DNA of 61,858 nucleotides, the filler included, from Asterionella formosa (Eukaryota), in NCBI GenBank assembly GCA_002256025.1. It is 14 parts of 14 records of this genome, joined end to end, with 100 filler letters (N's around TTAATTAATTAA, not from the genome) between each part and the next. Parts side by side here need not be neighbours in the genome. Positions count along the whole stretch, not along the records: positions 1 to 4,340 come from NKIB01013585.1; positions 4,441 to 8,777 come from NKIB01013586.1; positions 8,878 to 13,214 come from NKIB01013587.1; 11 more parts are not named here. One strand, 5' to 3'. Shown one piece after another: positions 1 to 10,560 of this stretch. The first letter of the stretch is position 1. Each line of letters starts with the position of its first letter. The position numbers and the translations under genes were made by a program. The notes beneath the pieces were generated by a model. The model worked only from the letters and a program-made list of their open reading frames with translations, was not told where the DNA came from and ran no database searches.

Positions 1-331
1 AATTTTCATTGACATCATTCAGTTCTGGCACCTGCGCAAACTTGTCGATGTACTTGCTCCGTTGTGAAGGCAATGCTGCAACTTCTCTGCCCAGAAACCC
101 AACAGTGCAAAGTTCCATGCCATCCTTCATGAGGACAGCCTTGATTGTCTCCAATGGCTTGCGCAATTCATCTTCCACAACAGCCAGCTTGAACCTGATC
201 ACATCATCAGCCTTAACCGCTTTCCCGCAGCATTCATGTTGCTCACATGAGCATCCATTGCTGGAAGCATTCAGTCCAAGCAACTCCCCATCTCGGCAGC
301 TGTTGATTGTTGCTGATCTTGTTGTTGACAT
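1..331 (-). CDS. Small Cys/His-containing ORF, probably transposon-associated; 3' end runs off the window (missed by the ORF track)
   Basis: Manual translation from ATG at 331: MSTTRSATINSCRDGELLGLNASSNGCSCEQHECCGKAVKADDVIRFKLAVVEDELRKPLETIKAVLMKDGMELCTVGFLGREVAALPSQRSKYIDKFAQVPELNDVNEN, with no stop. A clear homolog lies at 31401-31688. Confidence 0.65.
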   Translation of the reverse strand, partial: MSTTRSATINSCRDGELLGLNASSNGCSCEQHECCGKAVKADDVIRFKLAVVEDELRKPLETIKAVLMKDGMELCTVGFLGREVAALPSQRSKYIDKFAQVPELNDVNEN

Positions 332-490
332 GATTAATATGTAGTATGCATTGGTAGTACCGATATTACCGGTAGTTTATAATAGTAGCGTCATTCAATT
401 TCCGCCACAAAAATCAGAATTATAGCACGTTACTTTGTCTATGTCTAGAAAATTATTGGGTATTTGGTGCCACCTCGAAAAAAATGTACT

Positions 491-538
491 GGGGGGTCCA
501 GCAACCTCAGGGGGGGTCTAGGACAATGAAGTATACGG
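491..538. mobile_element. Putative DNA-transposon terminus (GGGGGGTCYAGGACAATGAAGTATACGG; reads CCGTATA... inward)
   Basis: A near-identical motif occurs on another scaffold at 48833-48860, where it is followed by TA. Similarity stops abruptly after ...GTATACGG. CCGTA ends with TA are typical of some Tc1/mariner-type TIRs. Confidence 0.5.
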
Positions 539-970
539 GTAGGTCAATATTTTTGACACCACCCCCTGTATCTTTGTGAATGCTGTTTTGCACATGATAC
601 CGGTAATCACAGAGAGAACTTCAGTGTTTGTATCACCCAGCAACGACGAATCAGCGGCACTCACTATATTTTTCATCTCATTTATCTGTAGGTCGGTCGT
701 TGACATATGAGAAATATTATGGTTGTGAAAGCGTGTACTTACTTCCCTCTACCAAATCGACCTTGGTACGCTTATCGATTTCCAGTAATTCGATGGCTCT
801 GGATGGAACACTCAAAATTCAAGTAGAAATCAAAGTCATTCCATTCGAGATCTACATACTTACAATTGCAAAGGACAAGACACTAATAAAAAATATAACA
901 TATATGATGGAATTAACTGTGCAATACTATGAGCTGAGTGTTGAGTATGGAACGTGTGGTACTGCAATAG

Positions 971-2221
971 CTAAATTTTCTCGTCGCCGTCATATTCAGG
1001 TCTGGCCTTAGTCTCTCTTTGCTTTCGATCAATATCTTGATGAAGTGTACCAACAGAAACAGGAACATTGATACGATCCCCTTCATTTGTTCGCAAGAGT
1101 TTTCTAAGAATAATCCCCGTCGCCTCACAAACAACAACACTACGATGTCTCCCGATTTCGCTACCGGCATAAATGCTCATTCGCAATGGCATGGCATGTC
1201 CAAAGCCTGCCTCAATCGCTTCCTGAAGTGCATCCACAACCTGGGTTGCTATTGATTTGCACAACTGGCGAGTCTCTTCATTCAAGATTGCCCGCTTTAC
1301 ACTTGGATTTCTTCCATCAGGTCGCACAAGCCAATACGGCGTTTCATGCAAGTGGCGGCAATCGACAGGTTGCAAGGGCTGGGCATGGGACCAATTTTTG
1401 ACGGTAGGCGCTCGATGACAGTATCCGAAAGATGTAAGAACAACGTGTATGGGTGCCTTGCCGTGTTGACCTAATCTGTTCTGGAATTGTGGTGACTGGA
1501 TCGATTCTTGCTCAGCTTCACAATCGGCGTCGTCATCCTCCTCCAATTGTTCGTCGACTTTTTTGTTTTTGAAATCCAAGTCTTGCTCTCCGTAGTCAGC
1601 AAGAAGCCTCGATAGAGAAACTTTACAATTTGCTTTAAATTCTTCCAAAGTAGGAGCGGAACGATCTGCTTCCTCAGAGGCATCCTCCACGACTCCGCCC
1701 GAAATTGACAAGTCTGCACCAAACGCGTCCATTGAGGCGAGCAGTGCCATGGTTGCTGTCGAAGTGATGGGCTCATTGATTGGATCATCCTCGGATTTAA
1801 TTTTGACGACGGAGCGTTCCACAGCATATGTGGGAGGTCGAATTTTCATTGGCTTTTGGGCAATAGTTGCCACCACTGCTGGCTTGGACCACGAATTAGC
1901 GCAAAATGTGGATTTCCCTTTCTTGCCTTGTCGAGTCGTTGAGTCTCGTTTCAGCACTAAGTTCATCCCGTTATGTGTTTTTCCATTCAATAGGGATATC
2001 GCCCGACCTGCGTCTTCGCAAACAACTACGTACGAAGGTTTGTTGTTGCTTTCGCCTTGAATTTGTTCAATGTCGCTTGGCGAGATCGAAATTCCAGCTT
2101 GTTCAAAGATTTCCACTAGTTCGTCATCTACATTTACACGAGAACAAAAGTTGCTGACGCAAACTCGTTGTCGTTTTTTGCTTTTTCGAGAAATAAGGAC
2201 CTCAAATCCGTCGTCTGCCAT
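971..2221 (-). CDS. Protein with N-terminal RRM-like domain and C-terminal RapZ(YhbJ)-C-terminal-like domain
   Basis: 416-aa ORF. RRM-like: VCVSNF...ELVEIFEQAG...AGRAISLLNGKTHNGMNLVL. C-terminal motifs VLTSFGY, VDCRHL, DGRNPSV, IYAGSEIGRHRSVVVCE and HQDI match the RapZ CTD pattern (SFGF..., DVRFL, IGCTGGKHRSV, HRD). Confidence 0.75.
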   Translation of the reverse strand: MADDGFEVLISRKSKKRQRVCVSNFCSRVNVDDELVEIFEQAGISISPSDIEQIQGESNNKPSYVVVCEDAGRAISLLNGKTHNGMNLVLKRDSTTRQGKKGKSTFCANSWSKPAVVATIAQKPMKIRPPTYAVERSVVKIKSEDDPINEPITSTATMALLASMDAFGADLSISGGVVEDASEEADRSAPTLEEFKANCKVSLSRLLADYGEQDLDFKNKKVDEQLEEDDDADCEAEQESIQSPQFQNRLGQHGKAPIHVVLTSFGYCHRAPTVKNWSHAQPLQPVDCRHLHETPYWLVRPDGRNPSVKRAILNEETRQLCKSIATQVVDALQEAIEAGFGHAMPLRMSIYAGSEIGRHRSVVVCEATGIILRKLLRTNEGDRINVPVSVGTLHQDIDRKQRETKARPEYDGDEKI

Positions 2222-3336
2222 GGTGAACGAAACAAAACGAGCTTGTTAGTGAATGTTGTGAGATTTGTGTGTGTTCTCGTTGTTTGTCGTGGGCGGGGAA
2301 ATTATCAACAAACAGTGCATGATATTCATGGTTGGCTCTCGGGATCTGGTAGCAGCAAGGCAGACAGACCTACAGGACTGGTAGTCGAAATTCCATAACA
2401 AAACCGAATATACATTTTGGGTCTATTCCGGTACCTGATACTCCTACCTGATGCTGTACCAAGTGAAACGCAGCTGTTCCACATACCGGTACACAGGTAT
2501 ATCAAATCGATCATGATATTGTACCAGGTACCAGGTACCTTTTAGGAGGGAGGACGATGGTTATTCTTTGGTGGTACATCGATACTGTTACCAGGTGCCA
2601 GGTACCTGCAAGTTGCGGTCATTTTGCTTTAACTAACATTTTAATCTGGGATGAAGATAGCTTANNNNNNNNNNNNNNNNNNNNNNNNNNNNNNNNNNNN
2701 NNNNNNNNNNNNNNNNNNNNNNNNNNNNNNNNNNNNNNNNNNNNNNNNNNNNNNNNNNNNNNNNNNNNNNNNNNNNNNNNNNNNNNNNNNNNNNNNNNNN
2801 NNNNNNNNNNNNNNNNNNNNNNNNNNNNNNNNNNNNNNNNNNNNNNNNNNNNNNNNNNNNNNNNNNNNNNNNNNNNNNNNNNACTGTAAAAGCAAAGAAA
2901 TGAAGAAATCTGTGCATCAGCCACCCCTCATACATTCGCTAAAATCTATGAACCGTGGCTGATGCATTCATAGACACAGTCACACAAATGACATTGCTGG
3001 GCACTCCCCCCTAATGCATGCAGTAACTTTCATACATGCGTTCAGTGGACCACCGGTACTCTTGAAAATTCTGGCTAAATAAATTAACTTTGAAAATTAA
3101 TCGGTGGGCGGAGGGAAAACAAAAGAACAAAATCAAATTCGAACAGAAAAAGATTGGAAATTAACCAACGACAACACAAAAATAGGACGAGAATCAGGAG
3201 TCGTTGAGCAAAGTCACAATCGAATCTACTACTTGAACCAATTCTTGTCCCACGCAATCGCTAGGATTTGAAAGTAGTGCGCTCAACGGCTAAGATTCGA
3301 TTTTCTCACAACGACGCATAAAATCGAAACAGAAGA

Positions 3337-4340
3337 ATGAGAAACGCGCACCTTGTCCCTTCCATTGCCGCTGCTGTCCTCTTCCAAGCTCCTGGTGCTG
3401 TAGCATGGGGCAAAGTCGGACACGATATGGTGGCAAACTTGGCGTGGTACCGCCTTTCCAACGAAACTAAAACTATGGTCAAGGAGATTCTGATCCGAGA
3501 GGATGGCTCCTACGGCGATGACGACGAGGCTGGCTCCCCTCTAGCTTCGGTTGCCAACTGGGCGGACAAGGTTCGCTTTACAAAGTTATACCATTGGTCC
3601 ACTCCGCTCCATTACGTCGATGTTCAAGATACTGCAGTTGATGGAGGATGCCCGTGCAAGCGACCTACTGAAGTGTCGCCTTGTTTTTTCATCTATGAAC
3701 GAGACTGCGTGGACGATGTATGCGCGGCCGGAGCGATTGCCAACTACAGCACTCGCTTACTAGATCGTGCTCAACCGCTACTGAGAGGTGCTAGCTTGGA
3801 GTACAACCTTGCTCGAGAAGCGATTGAGTTCTTGACTCATTTCGTTGGCGACATTCACCAGCCCCTTCACTCGTCACGAGTCAGCGATCTTGGGGGAAAT
3901 ACATTTCATGTCTCATTTCTACCGGAAAAGGCGCAGTGGACTGTAGATCGAGATGGATCTCATCAAAAAGGTTGGAATTTGCACTCTGTCTGGGATGACG
4001 GCATCATTGAGCGTGCAATGAATGATTGCTTCAACAATACTCGAGAATATTTTGAAAATGACTTGATAAATGTCATTGAAACTGCGAAAGCGACTGGCGA
4101 CCTAGATTTATGGTTGGCTTGTGCTGATGGTCATGACAAAACATGCACCTCAAAATGGGCCGAGGAAAGTTTTGAAGATGCCTTGAATTGGGCCTATCGA
4201 ACCAGCAACGACGAGGAAGTGGTTGATGGGTCGGTTCTGGATGAACTCTACTATAGGACAAGGCTGCCTGTAGTGAAGCGCAAAATAGCAGCGGCGGGAG
4301 TTCGACTTGCGTATACGTTGGAATTAGTTTTATCAAAGCA
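3337..4340 (+). CDS. S1/P1 nuclease (secreted zinc nuclease); last codons cut by the scaffold end
   Basis: Signal peptide, then the mature N-terminus WGKVGH. Motifs ANWAD, LHYVD, FLTHFVGDIHQPLH, GGN, NLHSVWD, WAEES and AGVRLA are present. Confidence 0.95.
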
Positions 4341-4440
4341 NNNNNNNNNNNNNNNNNNNNNNNNNNNNNNNNNNNNNNNNNNNNTTAATTAATTAANNNN
4401 NNNNNNNNNNNNNNNNNNNNNNNNNNNNNNNNNNNNNNNN
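4341..4440. other. Artificial contig-joining spacer N44-TTAATTAATTAA-N44 (first of 13)
   Basis: Identical 100-nt spacers start at 4341, 8778, 13215, 17652, 22089, 26525, 30957, 35385, 39812, 44224, 48636, 53045 and 57453. TTAATTAATTAA puts stops in all six frames. Plain N gaps inside scaffolds are at 2665-2882 and 37845-38500. Confidence 0.98.
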
Positions 4441-5216
4441 CAAGGAAGAATACCGGTACCAACATGGATTCAAAGGGTAATCAATCAGCAAGTACAGTGT
4501 GCTTGAAATTCATAATAAAATCCCACCCGTCACATCGATGATGGTTGACTGGCATCGCGTTTGAGGACCTGTACCAAGCAAGTTGCTGTAATTTTGCAGA
4601 ACTAAAGATTTAGCTTTTTTTATCCAAGATGAAACTGTTTCTTTGAGCAAAATGACCGCAACTTGTAGGTACCAGGTACCAGGTACCCAACAATAAAGAC
4701 ACATCCTTGGCTGTTCTTACGTGCGTATTCATCGACTTTTAAAAGTAAAAATGTCTGTACCGCTATTTTATTTAGATTCTGGATGCATGTGTACATTCTC
4801 ATGTATAAAAACTGGTACCGGTACACAAAATGTATGGATGTTACCAGGTACTCCCTACCTGGTACCAGGGTACCAATTCAGATCTACTACTACCGGTACA
4901 TACAAGATTCATTCATTTATACTGTAAGAATAGCTGTCGTCCGGTGAAACAGTCATCGGCTGTTGCCTACATAGATACATATCATAAATACCGGCATACC
5001 ACAGTCATAGTTTGGAATAATAGTTGGAGAAACTTGTTCACGAATTGCGAGGGACACACCTTCCATCAGACACATTTGTTGTTGGCAAACACATATTGTT
5101 AGCGGCAAGATTCAACAATTTATTTCATGGTGCTTTTGATTCAGAAGGTATCCAATTGAATCTAACGTAGTCTACTGGTGTACCCTTCGTCCTGTTCAAA
5201 CTTTGATAGATATAGA

Positions 5217-8200
5217 ATGAAGAAGCTTTCTATCGCGCTAGGCTTGATTGCAAACATCGCTGGCGCAGCAGCAAACCAATGTGAGAACCGGCTGGCAGTA
5301 TTGAGAGCAGCAGTCGATTTAGGCACCAATTGTGATTCACTTGCGCCAAATCTAGATATTGCAAAGTGTCTTCAACCGTTGCCTCTGAGTGATGCTGCGA
5401 AACTGTATCAAGACTGCTGCGCTTGTCCCCAGTTGACCTGCGAACAAGTAGCTGGAGCCATTTTCGCGGCCGAAGGAGGCACGGTTGACGCCATGTGCAA
5501 CGCCATGGTCGATGGATCCGACTGGTGTACGAACCAACGTAGTTTTGGACCCAAGACACTCATGGATTGTTGTCCTCAAGCATGCCAGGACCCTTGTGTG
5601 GTACATGCGACGACTAATTTTCAGGACCCCAGCGTGCACAAGATGTGTCTTCAAGTTGCCAGTGGCCATACCAAGGATTACTGTGGTCAATCCGTTGGGA
5701 ACGGTGGTACACTGGCCGAGTGTTGCCCGGTTGCTTGCCGCGGAACTTGCGAAAATTATGCGCATGATCACTACGCCGAAGGGACGATTGAAGCCATGTG
5801 TGCTGATATTGAAAGGTCCGGTGGACACGAGCATGAGTTTTGTGGGAAGAGAGTTGCTTCCAACACGCACATGCTTGGAAAGGATTGCTGTCTGGAATCC
5901 TGCAGCAGCCCTTGTGAGAGGTATGCCAATGAGCATTTTCAAAATCAAACTGTTCACCAAATGTGTCTTGATATTGAAGAATATGGTGGATACAGGCACA
6001 GTGCTTGTGCGGAAAAAGTTATTGGAGATGCTACTGTGGCCGAGGAATGTTGCATTGAATCTTGCAACAGTCCTTGTGTTAGCTACGCCATCGACCATTT
6101 TAACGGAAAATCCGTTCAAGATATGTGTGGTGAAATAGCGAATGTTGGGCACGAACACGAAACTTGTAACGCTCAAATCGGGTTTAAGGCTAATACTATT
6201 GGCAAGGACTGCTGCGTCGAAGCTTGCACGAGTCCTTGTGAAGCCTACGCTAAACAGAACTTTAACGGTGAAACAGTCCATAATATGTGTCTTGCCATTG
6301 ACGGGGGTGGTGGCCACAATCATGTGGCTTGTGCTGCACCGATTGGTGGATCGACACTGTCGGCTGAGTGCTGCCCCATGGCTTGCCGAACTACTTGCGA
6401 GATTTTCGCATCCAACCACTTTCAAAAGAACAGCGTGGACGAAATGTGTCAGGTAATTGCAGACAATGGAGGACACACCAACGAATTCTGTGCCGCAGCA
6501 GCTGGAGAACATACTCACATGCTTGGGAAGGATTGCTGTCCAGTACAGTGTAGGAATACTTGTGAGCATTATGCTTTTACCAATTTCGCAGGGGGTAGTG
6601 TTCATAAAATGTGCCTCGCCATTGAAGAAAACTCTAGTGAAACCTGTGAAGCAGATCTTGGAGACGGAAAACGTGGCAAAGACTGCTGCCCTATTGCATG
6701 CCGCAACGCTTGTGAGAATCATGCGATAGATCATTTTGGAAAAAATTCCGTTGAAGAAATGTGCGACGAGATTCAAAATAGCGGCGGAAGTGAGCATGAA
6801 TCTTGTGGCACACTTCAAGGGGCCAAGACTCCTACCTTGGGGTCTGATTGCTGCCCAATGGCCTGCCGCCCACCCTGCGAAGCTTATGCCAACGAGAACT
6901 TCGACAATAAGAATGTTGATGGTATGTGCAACGATATTCAATCCAATGGTGGCCATCAGCATGCGGCTTGTAAAGCTCAGGTCAAGGACTCGACTGTCGG
7001 GGAGCAGTGTTGCCGAGAAGCATGCGACCAGAGCCCTTGTGAAGCGTTTGCGGTTGATCGATTCCAAGTGGAGTCGGTTTCAGAAATGTGTGCAAGGATT
7101 GCAGACTCTGGTGGTTTTGAGAATGACGCATGCTCCGCAGACGTTGGCGAATTTAAAGTGCGTGAGGAGTGCTGTGTCGAGGCTTGTCGCACGCCTTGCG
7201 AAAAGTACGCATTCGAAAACTTCAACAGTGGCACAGTGGACGAATTGTGCAATCAAATTGAAGGTGCAGGAGGATACCAGAGTGATCGCTGCTCGGTAGT
7301 TGTTGGGAATTCAACTGTGTCGGAAAAATGCTGCATTGCATCATGTCGTAAACCATGCGAGAAGCATGCTTATGAATTCTTTGAAGGTTCCACAGTTGCC
7401 GATATGTGTGCCGCCATAAAAAATAATGGAGGCCATGAAAACCTGGCTTGCAACGCCCTCGCTGCCGGTAATGTGAACGAAAAAGTCGGCGAAAAGTGTT
7501 GCCCTGAGTCTTGTCGTACTGGTTGCGAGACGCACGCTTTCGAAAACTTTGGAGGTGCCAGTGTTGATGGCATGTGCCAAGCTATTCAAGATGAAGGTGG
7601 CCACGAGAATGAGCATTGCATGCATGAAGTGGATGGTGTTGCTCTTGGACAAAGTTGCTGCGTGAATGCATGCAGCACTCCCTGCGAGCATTATGCTCGT
7701 CAACACTTTGGTGGCGATTCCACACTAAGTGAAATGTGCGATATCATTGTAAAGATTGGTGGCTGGCAAGTGGATCACTGCTCGGCTGTAGTGGCCGAAG
7801 GACTTGCGTTCAACAAAGTATGCTGTGTTCATGAGTGCTTCAATCCATGTGAGAGTTATGCCTTCGATCATTATGCTAGTGCTGATGTTAATGATATGTG
7901 CACTACAATTTCGAATGGCGGTGGTTATAAAAATAATGCTTGTTCTGCACAAGTTGGAAAAGATAATTTTCGTGATAAGTGTTGCATTGAGTCATGTCAC
8001 ACTCCATGTGAGAAATATGCATCTGAGCAGTTCAATGGGGGGAAGGTTGAGACCATGTGCACCATCATTCAATATGGCCATGGCCATGACGATGTGCACT
8101 GTGCTGGAATTGTGGAAGACTCAACTGTAGCTGCTACTTGTTGTGTTGAGCCATGTCGCTCACCCTGTGAAAAATATTCAATTGCACACTTCAATGGGGC

Positions 8201-8372
8201 CACTGTTGCCCGCATGTGTTCGGAGATTAAAGAGGCTGGTGGTAACTCTAATCCTGCATGCAGTTCATTTGCTGGCACATCCACTGTAGGTGATTCATGT
8301 TGTGTGGATGAATGCGCCCAGTTAGAGGATGCATCACGCTTCCGTAGACTTCGAAGGCACCATGTTGCTTAG
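5217..8372 (+). CDS. Secreted cysteine-rich tandem-repeat protein (18 repeats of about 50-56 aa, 6 Cys each)
   Basis: Intronless ORF. ATG 5217 gives signal peptide MKKLSIALGLIANIAGAAA. Repeat consensus CExYAxxxFxxxxVxxMCxxIxxxGGHxxxxCx(12-16)CCxxxCxxP. C-terminus RFRRLRRHHVA. Confidence 0.9.
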   Translation: MKKLSIALGLIANIAGAAANQCENRLAVLRAAVDLGTNCDSLAPNLDIAKCLQPLPLSDAAKLYQDCCACPQLTCEQVAGAIFAAEGGTVDAMCNAMVDGSDWCTNQRSFGPKTLMDCCPQACQDPCVVHATTNFQDPSVHKMCLQVASGHTKDYCGQSVGNGGTLAECCPVACRGTCENYAHDHYAEGTIEAMCADIERSGGHEHEFCGKRVASNTHMLGKDCCLESCSSPCERYANEHFQNQTVHQMCLDIEEYGGYRHSACAEKVIGDATVAEECCIESCNSPCVSYAIDHFNGKSVQDMCGEIANVGHEHETCNAQIGFKANTIGKDCCVEACTSPCEAYAKQNFNGETVHNMCLAIDGGGGHNHVACAAPIGGSTLSAECCPMACRTTCEIFASNHFQKNSVDEMCQVIADNGGHTNEFCAAAAGEHTHMLGKDCCPVQCRNTCEHYAFTNFAGGSVHKMCLAIEENSSETCEADLGDGKRGKDCCPIACRNACENHAIDHFGKNSVEEMCDEIQNSGGSEHESCGTLQGAKTPTLGSDCCPMACRPPCEAYANENFDNKNVDGMCNDIQSNGGHQHAACKAQVKDSTVGEQCCREACDQSPCEAFAVDRFQVESVSEMCARIADSGGFENDACSADVGEFKVREECCVEACRTPCEKYAFENFNSGTVDELCNQIEGAGGYQSDRCSVVVGNSTVSEKCCIASCRKPCEKHAYEFFEGSTVADMCAAIKNNGGHENLACNALAAGNVNEKVGEKCCPESCRTGCETHAFENFGGASVDGMCQAIQDEGGHENEHCMHEVDGVALGQSCCVNACSTPCEHYARQHFGGDSTLSEMCDIIVKIGGWQVDHCSAVVAEGLAFNKVCCVHECFNPCESYAFDHYASADVNDMCTTISNGGGYKNNACSAQVGKDNFRDKCCIESCHTPCEKYASEQFNGGKVETMCTIIQYGHGHDDVHCAGIVEDSTVAATCCVEPCRSPCEKYSIAHFNGATVARMCSEIKEAGGNSNPACSSFAGTSTVGDSCCVDECAQLEDASRFRRLRRHHVA

Positions 8373-9294
8373 GCCATCAAGCATTCCGATTTATTTTATG
8401 ATGGCATTTCTCAGAAAAGGTAATTAATTTTTTTGGGGTACCTAGTTCTTCCTCTGGGTGTTCGCAGTTGTGGTGATTTGCAATGAATCCAGTGCTGAGC
8501 AGCTTTCATTTGGATGGTATACATAGATATAATTCATTTTTCTATGTGTGGGTTGCCTTACTCAAAGACATCCTTTTTTGAGTGACATAGATGTGAGTAT
8601 AAACTCTCAGTTTCCAATTGAATTATTAGCATCAAAATACTGGTAGATTAGTTGAAATCAGTCGAACAAAATCGGCAAATACAATCAAAGTATGCTTTAT
8701 TGACAATTGATCCACATTGATCTATGTAAAGTTGCATTGGAGTCCCTAAATGGGCCCCAAGGGATTGATGAATGAGGNNNNNNNNNNNNNNNNNNNNNNN
8801 NNNNNNNNNNNNNNNNNNNNNTTAATTAATTAANNNNNNNNNNNNNNNNNNNNNNNNNNNNNNNNNNNNNNNNNNNNTTACCTCAATCTACGGACATCTA
8901 CAAAGTTAACGTTGTGATTTAACTGCATCCGTTTGTAGTATTGTAGATTAAAGGAATGATCGAGCCGGCGACGCTTGATCTGCAATTTCAGTATACCTCC
9001 CAAATGATTCTTTAATATTCAGCATTGCTTATAAAAATTCTTTTGAATGTTGGCCTTGTTCGCACACCTCGCTCTATTTACTTAAGACAGAAAATCTCAC
9101 ATTTTTTATTCGTATTGCCCGCAAACGACACATTTTGCAAGCGCATTGGCGTTTACTGAAGGTTTGCTTGCAACGTCTCGTTTCTCTGTTATTTTGAGTA
9201 GGGCAAATGATCATCGGCTTTGACTCTGGCCATCTGTAGTGATAACCCATCGTGCAAGAAGAATCGAACAACTACTCGGCAAAGAAGCAGATCG

Positions 9295-9936
9295 ATGCCG
9301 GCAAAAGTACCATTGCTTGGCAATGAACCAGAGGAAATGACACTTTTTCTCGATGGGAAATCTGGGAATTTGAGAGCACCCAGGCGTCTTGATGAAAGTG
9401 TCAGCTACTGGCGGCATCGTGCTGGATGGTTTGACGATGATAAATCCATGTCAGACTACAATAGCGGTGTGTATGACAAATACTATCAAGTAGGCGACGA
9501 CGACAGAATCAGGAGAGGAAAGAGGAACGGAGGCGGCGGATCCACCGCGCTCGCTACCACCTTGAAAGTATTTGTTCTGTTGAGTGGAATCGTCCTCTTT
9601 GTTCTAATTGTCCGATCATTTCAGCGCAGCAGAGCCGCAAGTGTTGGTGAAGTCAAACGTGAATCTAAAGATCGCTCGAGATCTGATCGTTCTGATGGTG
9701 GAGGTAGCCGCCGCTCACGATCCAAGAGCAATCCAGGTCGCTCGCGCTCCAGATCAAAATCCCGTAACAGGGCCTCCTCAAACTATGAGTTGATGGACGA
9801 TGACAATGAGAGTCCGAAGTCCTCTAGATCTCGCAGTAATTCCAAACGAAATCGAAGCCGCAGTAGAACTTCGACGAGATCCCGATCCAAGACTGCATCG
9901 TCGAGAATGGCTACCAAGGAAGCGATTCTCGTTTAA
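9295..9936 (+). CDS. Single-pass membrane protein with Arg/Ser-rich C-terminal tail
   Basis: Hydrophobic segment VFVLLSGIVLFVLIV followed by many RSRS repeats; NLRAPRRL motif upstream. Start codon uncertain. Confidence 0.7.
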   Translation: MPAKVPLLGNEPEEMTLFLDGKSGNLRAPRRLDESVSYWRHRAGWFDDDKSMSDYNSGVYDKYYQVGDDDRIRRGKRNGGGGSTALATTLKVFVLLSGIVLFVLIVRSFQRSRAASVGEVKRESKDRSRSDRSDGGGSRRSRSKSNPGRSRSRSKSRNRASSNYELMDDDNESPKSSRSRSNSKRNRSRSRTSTRSRSKTASSRMATKEAILV

Positions 9937-10560
9937 TGGAAGACATGAAAAATATTTAATTATGTTGAAAATCATTCCACATACCATCTCGTTGCTTGTT
10001 AAAACCGCAATCGTCCATCCACATAGCCCCGTGTACCTGGCATTATTACTCAAATAATCATTTCGTCGAATGCACGACTATTCATTTAAACATACTTTAC
10101 TCTAGTTATTTGTCCTTGAATTGTTCTACAGTTTGGTGAACTTTTCATTGTAACGCAAGCGTTTGTGTTAGCTGCTTTGTGTGGAGTAATTGAAATTATC
10201 TTATTGACATGGTTGAATCGTCGGAATGGACCTATGGTGTTATCTTCGCTCTGCTGTTTCGGGCGACATCTGCTTTCATTCATCACCATTAATGTAATGG
10301 TCCTACTTCTTTGGGAACAAATGGAAAGGGCGCTATCCCGACTTGAGCAATGCAGCAAATAAAACAAACAAACCTTAAAAGTCCTACATAATTGATGCAC
10401 CAGATCTGCCGTTTGAACAACATTGTGACTCATCTAAATATCAATATCGTACTTTATGGGAATTTCTTCGAAGATAATGCAACTGAGGAAACATGAAAAG
10501 AGTGCGCTGATTATGGGGTTCGTAATGTCAAGGGCTAAACTCAGCAGTGAAATCGCTTGT

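Noticed and set aside
971..4340. RapZ-like RNA adaptor next to a nuclease as a functional pair (by analogy with RapZ-RNase E)
   Set aside because: The S1/P1 nuclease has a signal peptide and so a different compartment, an N gap separates them, and eukaryotic adjacency is weak evidence.
5352..7067. 571-aa antisense ORF
   Set aside because: Shadow of the Cys-rich repeat gene on the opposite strand; no independent features.
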